64,000 bases of DNA from Fimicolochytrium jonesii (GCF_025526975.1 NW_026515672.1:992001-1056000); one strand, 5' to 3'; shown: positions 47,775-60,900, numbered from the stretch's first letter. Notes: generated by a model not told the origin, from the sequence alone. Numbers and translations are program-made.

Positions 47775-48731
47775 ATGATCAGCGCAATATTTCGCAATGC
47801 TCAGGACGTCCGTATCGCTCGCATACCTATTGGCCCTCCCCCTGCCACCGTTCGCTTGGACGACGTTTATCTCGTCCTATCGACTCTCACCAACACACCT
47901 GTCAGCAACTTCAAAGACCAGTACAACATCCGTGTCACTGCTACAGGGGAAACCTTACCCGCCGGTTGCCAGGCCATAACGGCAGGAAAATATCAAGTTC
48001 TTCCGAAGGCTGATGCCGTGGACCTTACGGAGGCAGCCCCCGGCGCTGGTTTGTTTCCGCCCCGCAGTTCTTCGAAGCCTGGATCTAGGACGCCCTCTCG
48101 ATCAGGAAGCTCGGAGAGTCTCACCTTGGAGACGACTGCCGCCGCCGAAGTGAAGAGGTACGCTCGCTTCACAATGTCGCTGGCACTGAGAGACCGACGA
48201 TGCATTGTGACGGGCAAAATGGACCCATACATCCTTGTTGGCGCGCACATTATCCCCCACACATGGAAAAACCGCGAGTATATTGGCCTCCCGCCCCACA
48301 TAAGGGACGCCTTGGATGACCGCGGGGTGGACCACATCTCAAACGGGGCCCTCATGGAAGGAGGCATCCACACGTCATTCGACTTTCAACACTGGTCAGT
48401 CGTAGAGGAGGGTGATGGCAAATGGCGTATCATCAGAATTACGCCGTCCGCTCCAGAAGAGATCATTGGGAAATATCTTATCACGCCCGACGCAGGGGGG
48501 CCAAGCGATGGCATGTCCTACCCCGATCTTTTCATCGATCCGATATTCCTGCGATTCCATTTCAGGACTGCCGTCTTCCGGCACATGCAAGCTGCCGGCG
48601 ACGATGACGATCACCCCTTCGACGATGGTGAGGACAAGCTGATGAAGGATGTCATCAAGGTGTGGGGAAACGACCAGCGGTTCAACTTGTTTGTGGAGTC
48701 CGGAGGGAATATCGCAGAGGCAACTGAGTAG
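47775..48731 (+). CDS. HNH endonuclease (fungal HNH_2 / Crinkler-type C-terminal nuclease) with short N-terminal domain
   Basis: Intronless; LALRDRRCIVTG...VGAHIIP...DHISNGALMEGGIHTSFD...WSV...FLRFHFRTAV..HMQAAG. Confidence 0.82.
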   Translation: MISAIFRNAQDVRIARIPIGPPPATVRLDDVYLVLSTLTNTPVSNFKDQYNIRVTATGETLPAGCQAITAGKYQVLPKADAVDLTEAAPGAGLFPPRSSSKPGSRTPSRSGSSESLTLETTAAAEVKRYARFTMSLALRDRRCIVTGKMDPYILVGAHIIPHTWKNREYIGLPPHIRDALDDRGVDHISNGALMEGGIHTSFDFQHWSVVEEGDGKWRIIRITPSAPEEIIGKYLITPDAGGPSDGMSYPDLFIDPIFLRFHFRTAVFRHMQAAGDDDDHPFDDGEDKLMKDVIKVWGNDQRFNLFVESGGNIAEATE

Positions 48732-48943
48732 AGGTTTTTTGGGAGGGCCCATGTAGCGATTCGCAATACCCTTCGCCGGCAGCGGCCGAGGTCGGGTTTC
48801 ATCGCGGTGAGTCTAAGACCATATAGGTGTGGGCCCATTAGGTAACGGCCCCTGCCCCATCTCATTACACTCGGTGAGCGGCTCCTGAAAAGACGTGGGA
48901 AAGACTTGGGAAATGGCGGCCGGACGACCACCTTCGCAATTTG

Positions 48944-48987
48944 GTAGGGTTATGGCGTTAGGGTTAGCGTTAGGGATAGCGTTAGGG
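48944..48987 (+). repeat. Degenerate telomere-like hexamer array
   Basis: gtaggg ttatgg cg ttaggg ttagcg ttaggg atagcg ttaggg. Confidence 0.8.
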
Positions 48988-49308
48988 TACATTACGCCCT
49001 TATGAACCTTTAGCGTAGACCGTAGAATATGGACAGAGAGCGCTTATACATCTATTGAGTCATTCCAGTTCACAGTCTCGTATATGATGTGCACATCCAC
49101 GGAATTCGATACTAATAGTACCACGGGCCAATGTCATAGCAACGCCAAAAACTGCAAACCTCAGCTTGCCTACATCCTGTATCCCTCTACTAGCTTCTAC
49201 CAAAAAGTCAGTTCGCAATGGCTTCAGGTTCTTACCGAGGGCCGCGACCTCGTGTCAATGTCCGTCGCCCCCCATAGTGCTCTATGATTTCTACCAGTCG
49301 CTTCATAC

Positions 49309-50008
49309 CTAGTGATTTGCTCGCGTACTCATCAAACCAAAAAGAACCCGCCCGTTCCCATTACTGAAAGGATGTATGTGAAGGAAGTTCGTCATGAAGG
49401 TTGCTGCCAATTTAATGCGATCAAGCGGTGCGTTGTGGGTGGCAAGGCAAGCCCGAACATACAGACACAGCCGTCCGAGCTCCACCGAAACTCGCTGCGG
49501 GATGAGAAATACGGAATTCGTCGTACCCACTTACCCCCAACATTCGCGTACGGTAAGATCCAGCGTCTGCTATCAGCCCATCCCCTACCGCGCGATGCCA
49601 CTCTCGCAACAGATCCGGTGTGAATGCTTCGGGCGAAGGGTCGGTAGGGTGGAACGGGGTGGGGAAAGCTGAGACGATAACGGCGTGCAGGTTGGTTGCT
49701 TTGCGAGCTAGGCGTTTGTGGTCGTGTGGACTGAGGTCGTTTTGGCTCATCAAACCCTCTAGATACTCCATCGTCGTCCCGCGAGGCACAATAGCATCCC
49801 CAATGAGACATTCGCGAAGGTACATGATTCTGTGGTAGTCGGCGAACCCGTCCAGAAATTCTCTCATACTAGCGTCGACAGCCGCGTCTCGTACTTTGCT
49901 TTGCAGTTCGGTGAGGTCGTTGAGGAGCTGCTGCACCGCTATCGAGTCGGTGGTTGGGGCGCCCCACCAGGGCCGCTCAAGCACGTCGTAGTTTGTTGTG
50001 AACTCCAT
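49309..50008 (-). pseudogene. Fic-domain protein, split across two frames and truncated after the catalytic motif
   Basis: First frame: FTPDLLREWHRAVGDGLIADAGSYRT. Second frame: AATFMTNFLHIHPFSNGNGRV, with a stop 11 codons later. Confidence 0.75.
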
Positions 50009-50419
50009 GTTTTGCTAACGAGAGAAGAATAAGAATGGCGCATACGCGGGGTTGGGTTACGGTCTCAGCGCTCACATAGGTTTGCGCATCGCGACCGTCG
50101 CCAGGCAGATGGGGAGGATTTGCCAAAAGTGCTGTCATAATGGTACGAATAAACGACAGCGGGACTCTCAGGGAAGTTCGTTGCAGTTCCGCAAAGGACC
50201 TTACTTCCTCGACTTCAGCGCGGACCGAATCTGAAGAAGGACTGAAAAGTAGCTTCGGAGCGCGACTGTCGTGGTGGTAGGAACCACCGCTGAACCACTG
50301 CTGCCGGATGCTTCCTTAACTGTTGCGTTTAGATGATTGTTTTGTAGCGCGTCATCCCTGCTTCTGGCTCCTGACCCCTCAGCGCGCCGGTTAGGATGTC
50401 AGCCAACATATATACCTAC

Positions 50420-50679
50420 TGCTTTTTTGAACAGGGTCCATCTTCGAGACCTGGCTATCACACGTGGGTTGGAGCGAAAGCGGGCAGATGAATCAGGAAA
50501 CTTCCGCAGAGGAATGTAAACCTGTACCTGGCGTCCAACATGACGTTGAATATGGGGTTACCCGCCGCATTCCAGGCGGCAGGGTTATGCGTGTTTTCGG
50601 TCGCTTACTTTTGTGGCATGAGATCAGCTCTGATGCAGAAGGTGCAATGAACATCCTCAGAAACGGGATGCAAATGTAG
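50420..50679 (+). pseudogene. Probable degenerate TnpB/Fanzor C-terminal remnant
   Basis: Across frames: FLNRVHLRDLAITRGLERKRADESG...TCTW, then RVF....(CG)HEISSDAEGAMNILRNG*. This resembles TnpB F...L...A...G..V..VDE.YTS.TC..CG...R.F.C..CG....RD.NAA.NI...G. Confidence 0.45.
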
Positions 50680-51621
50680 ACAGTTCGAACCCCGGGACCG
50701 TTGGAAAGTGTGATGCAGCAGCTGCAAGGTGGGCGTGAAGAAGCGCTTGGCGCAATGGGCACGACAGTGCGGTGATCGGGGAATGGAAAGGTAATCAGCA
50801 CAACCTATGCGAGAGCCTAATACATTCCGAGCTCAACGTTAAGGGTAAGTGGCTGGGAAATCTGCAATGTGATTGGAAGACCCCCAAGGGCCATTGAGGG
50901 TGGTTCCTGGGGCCGTCGGAAGAACTACAAAATTGTATGAACTTCCACACCATTGATCTTGTCCGCTCCTACGCGCTCCCAGTCAGTCCGTCACGCACGA
51001 CAGTCCCCAAGTTTCAACACTGGCGGGCATAGGAGGATGGGCTCGGGATCTGCCGACGGGAAAGTATAGTCCTTCGTAAAGGAGAATAAGCGGCTACCAA
51101 GGCCGCCTCTGCGCGCCTTTCGAAATTGTGGTGAGAAAGACCCGATTCACCTAGTTGATCCAGAAAGCCGCGCACCTTCTTCATATATGTGTATGGACTA
51201 GGCATTCGGTTAACAAACATATTTACGTAAGAGCTATACGAACGAGCTGACAGGCTGCCCTGTGCACCTTCTAGGAGTTTTCGGCAGCAGGACGGGTTCG
51301 AATCGAGATCCTTCGCAGTGCGTCGGACATCGGATTGCAGCAGAAATAGCTGGACACATTGCCAGAGTGTCTCCGACGCTATAATTCCACAAACACGTCG
51401 AGGCTAAGGCCGATCCTGAAAGTACGAGGGATAAGTCGCTGATAGAAACAAGCTTTCTTCTGTTCTGTTGTGTGTCTCTGGTATTGTCTTTCCGTCGGAT
51501 ATTTTCATGTCCAGTTCGCACCCATTTGCCGTCGCAGGATCCTGCGAGTCCTCCGCAACGACGTTGGCTCGACCGCCACCCGACGTGGTTACCAGGTCGC
51601 GCATGTATGTCGCCGTATTCA

Positions 51622-52714
51622 TCAGGCTTCAAAGCTCTTTCTTGGTGCGGAGCCCGTATCGCTGTGCTTCGTGCCAAACAAGCCTTTAGCTCCGCCGCTG
51701 CTCGGCCCGCCGCTGCTGTCAACCACGTCCGTTGGGGTTCGATGTCCGGGCGATACAAGGGCTTGGGCATTATAAATGAACACCTGTTGAGAACAACCTT
51801 GTCGGTTTGAATGAACGTGGATTGAGAGCAACGCGTTATACGTACCAATGCTCCAGAGAATTGCAAGGGTGTGCAACAGAAGACAAACTGAAAGCTATAG
51901 AAAATCTTCGATGGAACGAGAAAGAGGTTGGCGGCAACCAATGAAAGGACGGATATCCACATAGTGACGCAAACGAAAGCCAAGGAGCCCACGACGCGGG
52001 CCCATTCCTTTCGGCGAGTTCCTCCCAGGATAGCCTGGCACTTGTAGACTTGAGAGATGAACATGAAGGATATAACGTTGTCTACCAGCAGGACGTAGGC
52101 GGTCCATGCTGCGGTGAAAAGGCTTTGGGATTTGCGACTGCCGATAACGACTCCGAATGGAATGATTGTGGTGCACCAGAGACAGACGGTGACTCCCAAG
52201 AAGATCCGATCCTTTGGCGCATCGGTGAATATCTAATCACCTTTACGAGAGAATGAAACAGAGCAATCGTACATATACATCACCATATGGCAACAAGGCT
52301 TTTATGGCCCGGAACCTGATCTGAATGATGATGGTGTACATTAAGGTGGAAACACCGTAAAGTGCGGTCCATATTCGCATGTTAGGATAGATATTATACT
52401 CATCGTCCGTTTTCGCAGCTAGAACAGCGGGGAACTTAGTACATCGGACATGATAGAAGAAAACGAGACGGCATACCGAACAATGGAATAAATGAGCCCG
52501 CATATGTCGCACAGCTTGTAAGGAGCATCAGATTGTACGTCACAGGTCGCATCCATGCATGTCTAGCAGCATACATGGAGTTGCCGAATTGCAACGCGAG
52601 TCCTAAACCTAGCTTACCGTGAGCTGTAGCGGCTCATACTATGGATGTGCGTGCTTGGAAGTACGTACCGAGAAGAATCTTTCTCAACAATTGCAAAAGA
52701 TCTTCGTCAGCCAT
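51622..52714 (-). CDS. Seven-transmembrane GPCR-like protein (about 5 exons)
   Basis: Splicing gives MADEDLLQLLRKILLGLGLALQFGNSMY..., TM3 LYGVSTLMYTIIIQIRFRAI, TM5 AWTAYVLLVDNVISFMFI, TM6 VVGSLAFVCVTMWISVL, TM7 FCCTPLQFSGALVFIY and a Ser/Gly tail. Confidence 0.65.
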
Positions 52715-55700
52715 CCTGGTACCCTGCGCTTGCAGCTGAAATATGTTAGAGAGCGGGTTGGGCGAGGTGCGGCGGCCTTTCTGTCGCCAGTTGGCAAACA
52801 TTACAACTCCGTAATTGACAAACTTTGACAGCGCGTTGCCTCCGCCTCCAACTTTGTTGCAAACCCGTCGCCCGAAAATATACCCTACCACTCCGGGCTC
52901 ACTCCCCAAACGCTGGACAACGTAGCCTCTTTAATACGTCCTTTTTCTTCTCGCTACCATTCAAATGCTATTGCCGACCTTGTGTGTTTGTCTTGTCGTG
53001 TCGAACACTGTCCCATCCCGTTATGAAGGTATTCTTCGCTACACCCTTGACCCTGATCTTCCTGTGCTCATTGTTCTTTCCATAGAGCAAATCCATGATC
53101 TTCTTCAGCGCATTGTCCTTTTTGCTCCCCGAGCGCAGCTGTTTCTTGGTGCTTCACTCCTGAACATACCGCTCCTCAAGTCCCACTCCTCAAAAATGTG
53201 CCAACCGTTGCTGATGCAAGACATTGTGATATATGTTGTAATAGTACGTACTATACACTTCTGAGTACGGGCAAACATAGCTTTTCGACCGACAAAATGG
53301 GAGGCTCGTCTCGCGACCTCCAGTATTCACCTTCAAGACACCACCCAGACAGATGTGTGGGATATGTTTCAGCAATCCTACAGTTTGATTCTGCGGGGAT
53401 CGTGTACTTAAAGAGACCACCTGCGAAGTGGCTTTGCTTTCAAGGGTTCTCAACACGGGCACGGCTGCAGAAGTCCTGGAGTGTAACTTATCCAAGCGGA
53501 CTTGGTTGGGTGTGAGCCAGATTCAGGGGGGTCAGGGCGAGTTTGTCCCAGCGGGCCTGAACTAGAGATCGGTATCGTGTCTTCGAGCGACAGCTTTTCA
53601 CCGGAAGTGATGCATGCTTTGCTTCGGCCGTTAGGGATATTTCGCCTCAACGTCCCCTGCGTATCGTTTTAGCTGGGTAACCAGCCAGTCCGTTCGCAAG
53701 GAAGCCTCAACAAACTTTGTTGGCGTTCCGGCCGTGATGGACATTGGAAAGTCAACTTTCATGTGCGAACGGATTGAGGTGGAGGAGAACTCGCAGACGG
53801 CAGTTCGGACTTGAGCTCAGAAACGGAATCCGATTACGCCGCATGCCGGGCGGTCGGGGAAGGCACTACCAGGTGACCTACGCACATCGACGGATGGAAG
53901 TGTGCTATCGTAACATCGAGTTGAGTAAGTCATGGAGGGTGTTGCCTGTGATCAATATTAGCTCATCCGAGCGACACCAAGGACGCGGTCACAAATCGAC
54001 TGATCAACAGTATTGACGGGCTCTGGCCGCGAGGTGCTGATAATCTCAGTGTCCCGAGTCGTCGGCGCAAACAAGGATGTACGCGCAGTCAGTATCTGAC
54101 ATAAGCTGGATTCTGGTGGGACCCAAACGGGGCTGCTTGTTGACGATTCTTTATTGATGAATGGTCACTTTGATAGTGCTTGCCAGTAGCTTGCCAAACA
54201 GTGCTTTACACGAATATTTCTTTATCTATTCGTTCTTCGAAAACGGTGCGCCAGCATTGTGTGCGCGAAGAATAATGGCGACCGTCAATATTACGGCGTG
54301 TATAGCGAATCCCACCGTACAGAAGTTCTTCACCGACTTGGGCACTCCAATTGCGCAAGAAGCTGCCGTGAAAGCCGCTCGTAAGTAAATAGACGGGTGT
54401 GGCTTTCCTTTTCTTCATCTCAGGCTCCATTGCTGCTTTCATTTAGTCGCATACGGCCTGCCTGGAGTTTTTGTCGGTTGTATATGGCCGCTCGGCCTGG
54501 CTGGTGAGATGCACGTTCAAATGCCAACCGTTTGGTCTGGGTGTTTTCACTGACTCTGGCTGGACCATCCCCAGCTCTGATAATTAGCACATGGCGGTTA
54601 TTCACCCATGCTTCCATTCGCGCCTGGCTGCTATTTATTGCAGCCCTCCTGGTTATCGGCGACTGTACGGTGCAAAGCTGGGCTAAGTGAGTCGGCGAAG
54701 CAGGAAGGCTTTCTCAGTCCCTCGCCGACTCACCTCATTCCTACACACCGCAGAGCCACTTCACCGATTCTTCTGACTTCCCAGACGCCGGAGCGAATGG
54801 TTTGAGACGTAGCGCAGTGTTCCCGGTCGAACCTCCACAGCATTGCATTTGACAAGCAAATCACTATGCAGAAATACATAGAGCTTTCCATCAGTATAGG
54901 AATGATCAGAAGCACTGTGCTGTTTTCTGCAGCTTCCTGGAGGTTAGTTAACCAGTTGCCTTACCCCCGTTCCCCGTCCCCCCTCGCGGGAATGCGTACC
55001 GTCATTTGAAGGTTGACCAAAATCGAGATTACCGTAGATTCGCAATTGTGTATCCAACTCGCAGCGCACGCCGCATGATCATCTGGGGCATGTCACTCCT
55101 TGCCGTACGGTCTCTGCCATGCATTCATTCAGCTGCCCTCTGGTGATTAGGAGCTTCTTTCACGTGTCTAGGTGGCGATGTTCGTGATCTCCATGGGAGT
55201 TGGGATTTCCGACGTCCATAAGGTATGAGTAAACCTGTGCCATTCCAATCGTCAACGACTCTCACGTTGCATATCGGTAGATGTGGCGTGCAAGTAAGCT
55301 TTATTGGGGCCTGGCCGCTGTTCTCCCTGGGAGTTATGCGATCATTGGCACGGTAACATTCACTCGCACGGTAAGGGGAGGAAGTGGGCCTCCAGTGAGA
55401 ACTTTTCACTAAGACCTTCTTATCGAGATCCGTAACACCAGCAACGCTCTCAAAGGAGCCCAAGGTGCCCATCAAGGACTGACTCAGCTGCAACTGTCCA
55501 ATAACGTTCTCATGGTCGCAACGATTTTGGATGTAATCGCCTTGATTCTTGTTTCACAACTTCTTGATTGTAAGCCATGTTCTTCACTCCTGCTCCGTGG
55601 TGGTTCGCACCAATCTTCTGACCTCATCTCGATTGCTATGTCCGCGTTCAGCCACGAAAAACCCGTATGTTCTCCCGGTCTCTATCGGTCTTTCCGGATT

Positions 55701-57267
55701 CTGGACATTTTTAGAGAACGCTTTCGAGGTCTGCCGCAATCCTTTCGGATAAGTGGTCCCAGGCTCACACCCCGCCGCTTCTTTTTCTTGTTCTACACAG
55801 GTTGTTACCATTGGACAGAAGGTCGTGTCGGCAGCATCCCCTGTCCATTCCGTACAAGCCAGTGGGACTGGGGCGACTGGGGGTCGCCCGAAAAAAGAAG
55901 CAATGCCCGGACGGGGGTACTCTCCCACAAACCCCATGCTTGAGGTATAAGGTCCGCAAGGGCTGGAATCAGTGGGGGGTGCTCCACGGAAGCAAAGAGA
56001 TGTCTAACGAGAGCATGAATAAAAGTCAAAGCGTCTTGAGCTGAAATATATTCTCTGTTGTGCTTTTGATATTCAACACAAGTCATGTGAGCATTGTAAC
56101 AAGATGAACTAGGGTCCACCATGGCTTCACTGAAAACCCGTTCTTGCCGACGTTGTGGGGATATCCATTGGAAATGGCTTCAATGTATTGGAATGTATTG
56201 AGTTAAGGTCTATATGATACGCGAAATCTACGTAGTACTCTATATACATAGTAGTCCTAAATTGACAGAAAGTACTGTACATGGTGATCGGCATGGTGAC
56301 CACGGCAGCAAGAGCTGCCAACCCGGCCGTGGACGCCGAGGCCGAGCTCGATGGAGATACCGCGGTCCCGCTCGCCTTCTTTGCACCGTTTGACGGAAAG
56401 TTGCCGGTGGAATTGAACCCGCCGACATTTACCAGCTCCACCTCTGGGAACCCGGAAGGGTAGCCATCCACAATCCTGCCCTCCTTTCCATTCCAGCGCA
56501 ACGTCAAAAAACCGGCGCCGAGCAAAAATTCCTATCAACAACCCTGTCCCCTCCGCTCCACCCAGCCCTCGCTCGGACCATAACAGTTTTGTAGTCAACC
56601 CCTGCAGATAAAACCGAATTGATATTTTGCCCCTGAATCTGTATAACCCCTGAACAAACTCAAAAACAAGGACTCTATCCAAAGCACCTGAATATTACGT
56701 GCCTTTAATGGAAGCTATTGTCTTGTAGTATGGAGAGACTTCAGACATCCGTTTTTGCCGGCCACCACCACAACATGTGTGTCATCAGCTACTGAAGAAC
56801 ACGCTGAGTGTGACTTGGATGTTAGGGTTATTGAACCCTCACCCCAAACTATTCCATGCAGAGGGCAGGAATTCCGCGTGGAAGCTCAGGCGTGGCATGG
56901 CACCTGGCCATCCACATCACAATGATGCTCAGGTTTCCTTAGATTACTGTTTTCCTTTGTTTTTGTTGTAGTAATTGAAAAGCAATGAGAGAGTTTTGAC
57001 ACGCAGCCTCCTGTGCACATAATGTACTACAATTGTTGGGGTTCCATGTTCATATTCAGAACCCGGGGGGTTCAAACATGACGGATGGTAGTTCAGCAGC
57101 TGTCTGGCGACACGACTGCGCAAACGTACATATGTGAGCGCTGACTACTTTTGGCCACCGGCCACTCTGGCCACCTACGTACTGTTGCTACTCCAGATCT
57201 ATGGTGAAGACTCTACCTCGTTCTTAGCACTTGTCTGTTCTAATGCAAAGGGTATTTTACATATCAT

Positions 57268-57909
57268 CTACGCCAACGCCATGCCCAGCACGACGGCACC
57301 CAGGAGAGCGGCGGCGCTGGCGCCAAACGAGTAGAGGCCGGGGTCTGCAGCAGATGACTTTTGCGCAACTGGAGAAGCAGAGGTAGAAGCGCTGGAGCCA
57401 TCATTGGCTCCGCCGGCCAAGGTAGAGTTGTCCCAGGGCCAGGTAGGCTCATTTGCCAAGCGCGGCACAATCTTTTCAGTGGAATTACGCGACTGGCAAT
57501 CGCAGATCGCAACATCCCCCCTGTAATCATTGACCGGGCCACCGAGAATGAGACCCAGAGCCTTGCAAGCGTTCGTACAGGAGCTGTCAAACGTTGGCGA
57601 GGACGCTTTGTAGACCGGGGTGCAGTCCGTCATGCCTGGCATGACAATGGGAATGTATGCTTCTCCGCAGGCTTCGCAATAGCCGAAAGTGACGCTGAAG
57701 TTTCCAAAGCCCCAGAATTCTGAGATAAGACCCTTGCAGGGGAGTTTCGCTTGAGCGGCTTGGCAGGCAGCGGTGTAAGCGGCGTAGCCGTCCGGAGCAG
57801 GTCTCACATGTCCGGTTGTGGGGGTGTCGGCTTTGACGGTGGCGCCTGTGATGAAAGCGGCGGCGGCGGCGAGTAGGGCTGCCGCGGGCGGAAGTGCGAA
57901 GAGACGCAT
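57268..57909 (-). CDS. Secreted Cys-rich protein, probably GPI-anchored
   Basis: Signal peptide MRLFALPPAAALLAAAAAFITGATVKA; Cys-rich core; Ser/Ala stalk; hydrophobic C-terminus SAAALLGAVVLGMALA. Confidence 0.8.
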   Translation of the reverse strand: MRLFALPPAAALLAAAAAFITGATVKADTPTTGHVRPAPDGYAAYTAACQAAQAKLPCKGLISEFWGFGNFSVTFGYCEACGEAYIPIVMPGMTDCTPVYKASSPTFDSSCTNACKALGLILGGPVNDYRGDVAICDCQSRNSTEKIVPRLANEPTWPWDNSTLAGGANDGSSASTSASPVAQKSSAADPGLYSFGASAAALLGAVVLGMALA

Positions 57910-60900
57910 GATGGATGACTGTTGCGAATTGGGCCTGACGAGGGAGGAGAGGGGATGAGGGGATGAGGGGACGAGTGGTTCGCATCTTTCTTTTATGCGC
58001 AAAACGCCCGAGACGCCCGGGGAGATCGAGCGCGTGGATTTCGGGCGATGGGGTGCGCGCAAAAGCTGACGCAACGACAGCGTTCGCCCGTTTCCGCTTG
58101 CCGTACACCATTCATTGGCGAATATCGGAATCGGCCGCAACTTATCTCAAACCCAATTAGTAAAAGCGCCCGTAAATTGTCCGCCTCAGTGAATGTCCGA
58201 TCGATACTGCCGGTTCGACTGGTTCGACTTATTCGACATCCCAGTTACCAGGAAGGAAATTGCAGGGTGCTATTTCAAACGTGTTGATCTGGATAAGGCA
58301 CTCTAGCAGCAGGGCTATTACGGACACTCCCACTACGGCACTAATCCTTAAGCTGTCCTCTGCCGAATCCCTACAATGGATTTAACTTTTAAAACAGTCC
58401 GACCGATCTCTGTCGCCCTGCGGACACTCCCGCTGTACTTCTGAGTTCTAGCAAGACGAACGTCTAATCGAGAGCAACATAATCTGCATCGGAACTGCTC
58501 GGCGTCTCTTGCTTGAATTTGAAAGTGCCAGCCCCCGCATGGAAGGCAGAAACGCCTGCAATGGATATCGTTGACCACAAACTTCAAAGCGGGCCCGACA
58601 AGGCTTGACGGACGCATGGTGCGTTTATGTAGGATCGCCCGGCCAGATGGTCGCTCGCGGTTTCGACAGCTATCTTGAAGCATCCGAGGACGGTGAATGC
58701 AACACCTGGTTGGAGAGCGGACTATGGTGAACGTCTTTCATCTCTGATCTCTCTGCATGAGGGCCAGACACGGCGGTTAGTGCTTTCCTCACTCACCCTT
58801 TAGGAGCGACGATAACGCGAGATACCTCATAGCATTATTCTCAGGAGCCATCGACCTAGTCTGACTGACCAGTGATGCTTGCGGATGCGCGCAGGAGGTT
58901 GACTGTTTCTCCATCGCTGATGCGTGAACCCTCTTCGTTCCCTCTTTGCGACAGGGACAGGTACGCAGTGAACTGCTGTCCCAGCAGGATGCCGGATGTG
59001 GGCCCAATAGCATCCCCTGTGACATCGTCCTGGATCCCGCCTTCCGGTCAATTTCACACCGGACAGCAGCTGGACCTTCCCGGTGCCTCGCAGCGGGCCC
59101 TGCCTCGAGTCAAGAGGTACAAATTTTGCGAGAACGTAAATCACACCGAGCTTAGGGCCTCTTTGAAACCACAAAAGTTAAAGTGTTCTTCTTGACCGAC
59201 TCGTGGCCGAAAGCGTTTTGGTGCAGGCGCGTTCCGCATAAGATTACTATGGCCGTCTGGGCGGTTGGGCAGGCCTTATTCGCAAGGATGTTGACGATGG
59301 ATTCAATGCCACAACTCTTTGGACACCCTTTACGCTGCCTGTGGCAAGGGGCAGGACGCGAAAATGAGGCAGGTAGCGGGCGACGTTTCGAGGAACTTGA
59401 TACCTTCGGGGACTTGGTAGACAATTGCGCCGGGGTTAGCAGCAGCTTTGGGATGGTCGGGACAATGGATTCCACGATCGTTTTGTATGAAAGCGATCTG
59501 GTGATAATCTATGAAGTGGAGGTCGGGACTGTCGTAAGGCTGTACGGCCACTAGGTGTGGAGTCGGGAAGGTTACTGTTGTGTTGAGTAAAGGTTCGGCA
59601 AACGCTGTCGCCGAGGGTCCATATGAAGGGAATGCGCTGCTGGCGCCCGCAGCCTGAGCATCTTGATGGGAGGGCAGAGTGTGATTTCTCATTGGGGTCG
59701 CAGGAGGAAGAACGCAAGGGGGAAGGGGGAAGTATTATAGTACAGTACTCTTTGGTGCGAGGCGAGAGCAGGGTTCGAGAAAGCTAGATCTGACTCTTAC
59801 TTGGACCACTTTGCGTTCTCGCCGCTGCGGCAGGGTTAGGGCAGGGATGCAAGCGTCTCTTCATGCGGTGTCGGACTTTGTATCGCTTTGAGTGGGATTC
59901 CTTCACAGGTGGCCGCAGTTTGCACTAGGAGGACGTTCATGCCTCAACCCTGTCCCTAACCCTACTCCAACTGTACTTCAATCACCGCAACAATACGTTC
60001 GCTGGGCAGTACAAGCTCCAAGCCTTCATCGGCATTTTGGCTACCGTCAACTTCGTGAGTTACTCCGCCTGTATGTGGTCGACGGCCAGTGTCCCGCCGT
60101 CGTGGTACTTCATCACCAGCGGGGCCTGTCGGATTTTTTATCTGGTGTGCAGCTCCATCGCTTTGTATCAAGCTCTGGTCTGGTCCACCCTTCCGCGGTC
60201 CGGCAGCGCGCAAATGTGGCGGCAAAAGAGTACACGCCGGACGAAGACGTGGAGGACGTCGAGCACGTGGAGTGAGGTTCTTTCTCGGGTGTTATGTTTC
60301 TTGCTGCAGCGACACGCCGGCGTTCGCCACATTGACATTATCGAATATCTCCGCTTGCTCAATCCCCTCATCGGTTTTCGCTTCTAGATATTGTGGCACT
60401 ATATCATATGTAGATACCACCTTGGGCGTAAAGGAGCGTAGGCTCTGAGTGGTGGTTGCGTAGTCTAACAGTAGGTAGCTCCCCATTCTCACGCTTTACG
60501 GCCGGCGTACGTTGGGCAATTTAGCGGTACTGGTAGAAGGCACGGCTTGATGGATGAACGGTAAGGAGATCAACCTGCCACCGAGTAGAATTCTTCCATT
60601 TCTGATCCTGGCGGATACATTCGAAGTACGCAATCCGCACCGACGCCTTCTTCGCCGAGAGACGCAAGGAAGCAATTGACGAGGTGAATCTATATTATGG
60701 TTCGTGTGGTCACTCCGCTGTCAAAAACCTGTCAGCGCCCGCCTTGGGTAACACGGTGCGCTGATGGTGCGCGTTGCACAACTTCTGGCAACAGCCACCC
60801 GCTGCTTTTTGATATTACTGTATGGACAGCTTGAAGAGAAAGTAGTGAACTTGGACCGTTGGGAGGCAGCCTTATTGGGAGGAGCCTCACTCGGATTCAG

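Noticed and set aside
55125..55493. Fungal/Crinkler-type kinase
   Set aside because: Only weak resemblance (VLVKSSHWRP, HLP, GLLIPYG); no catalytic motifs found.
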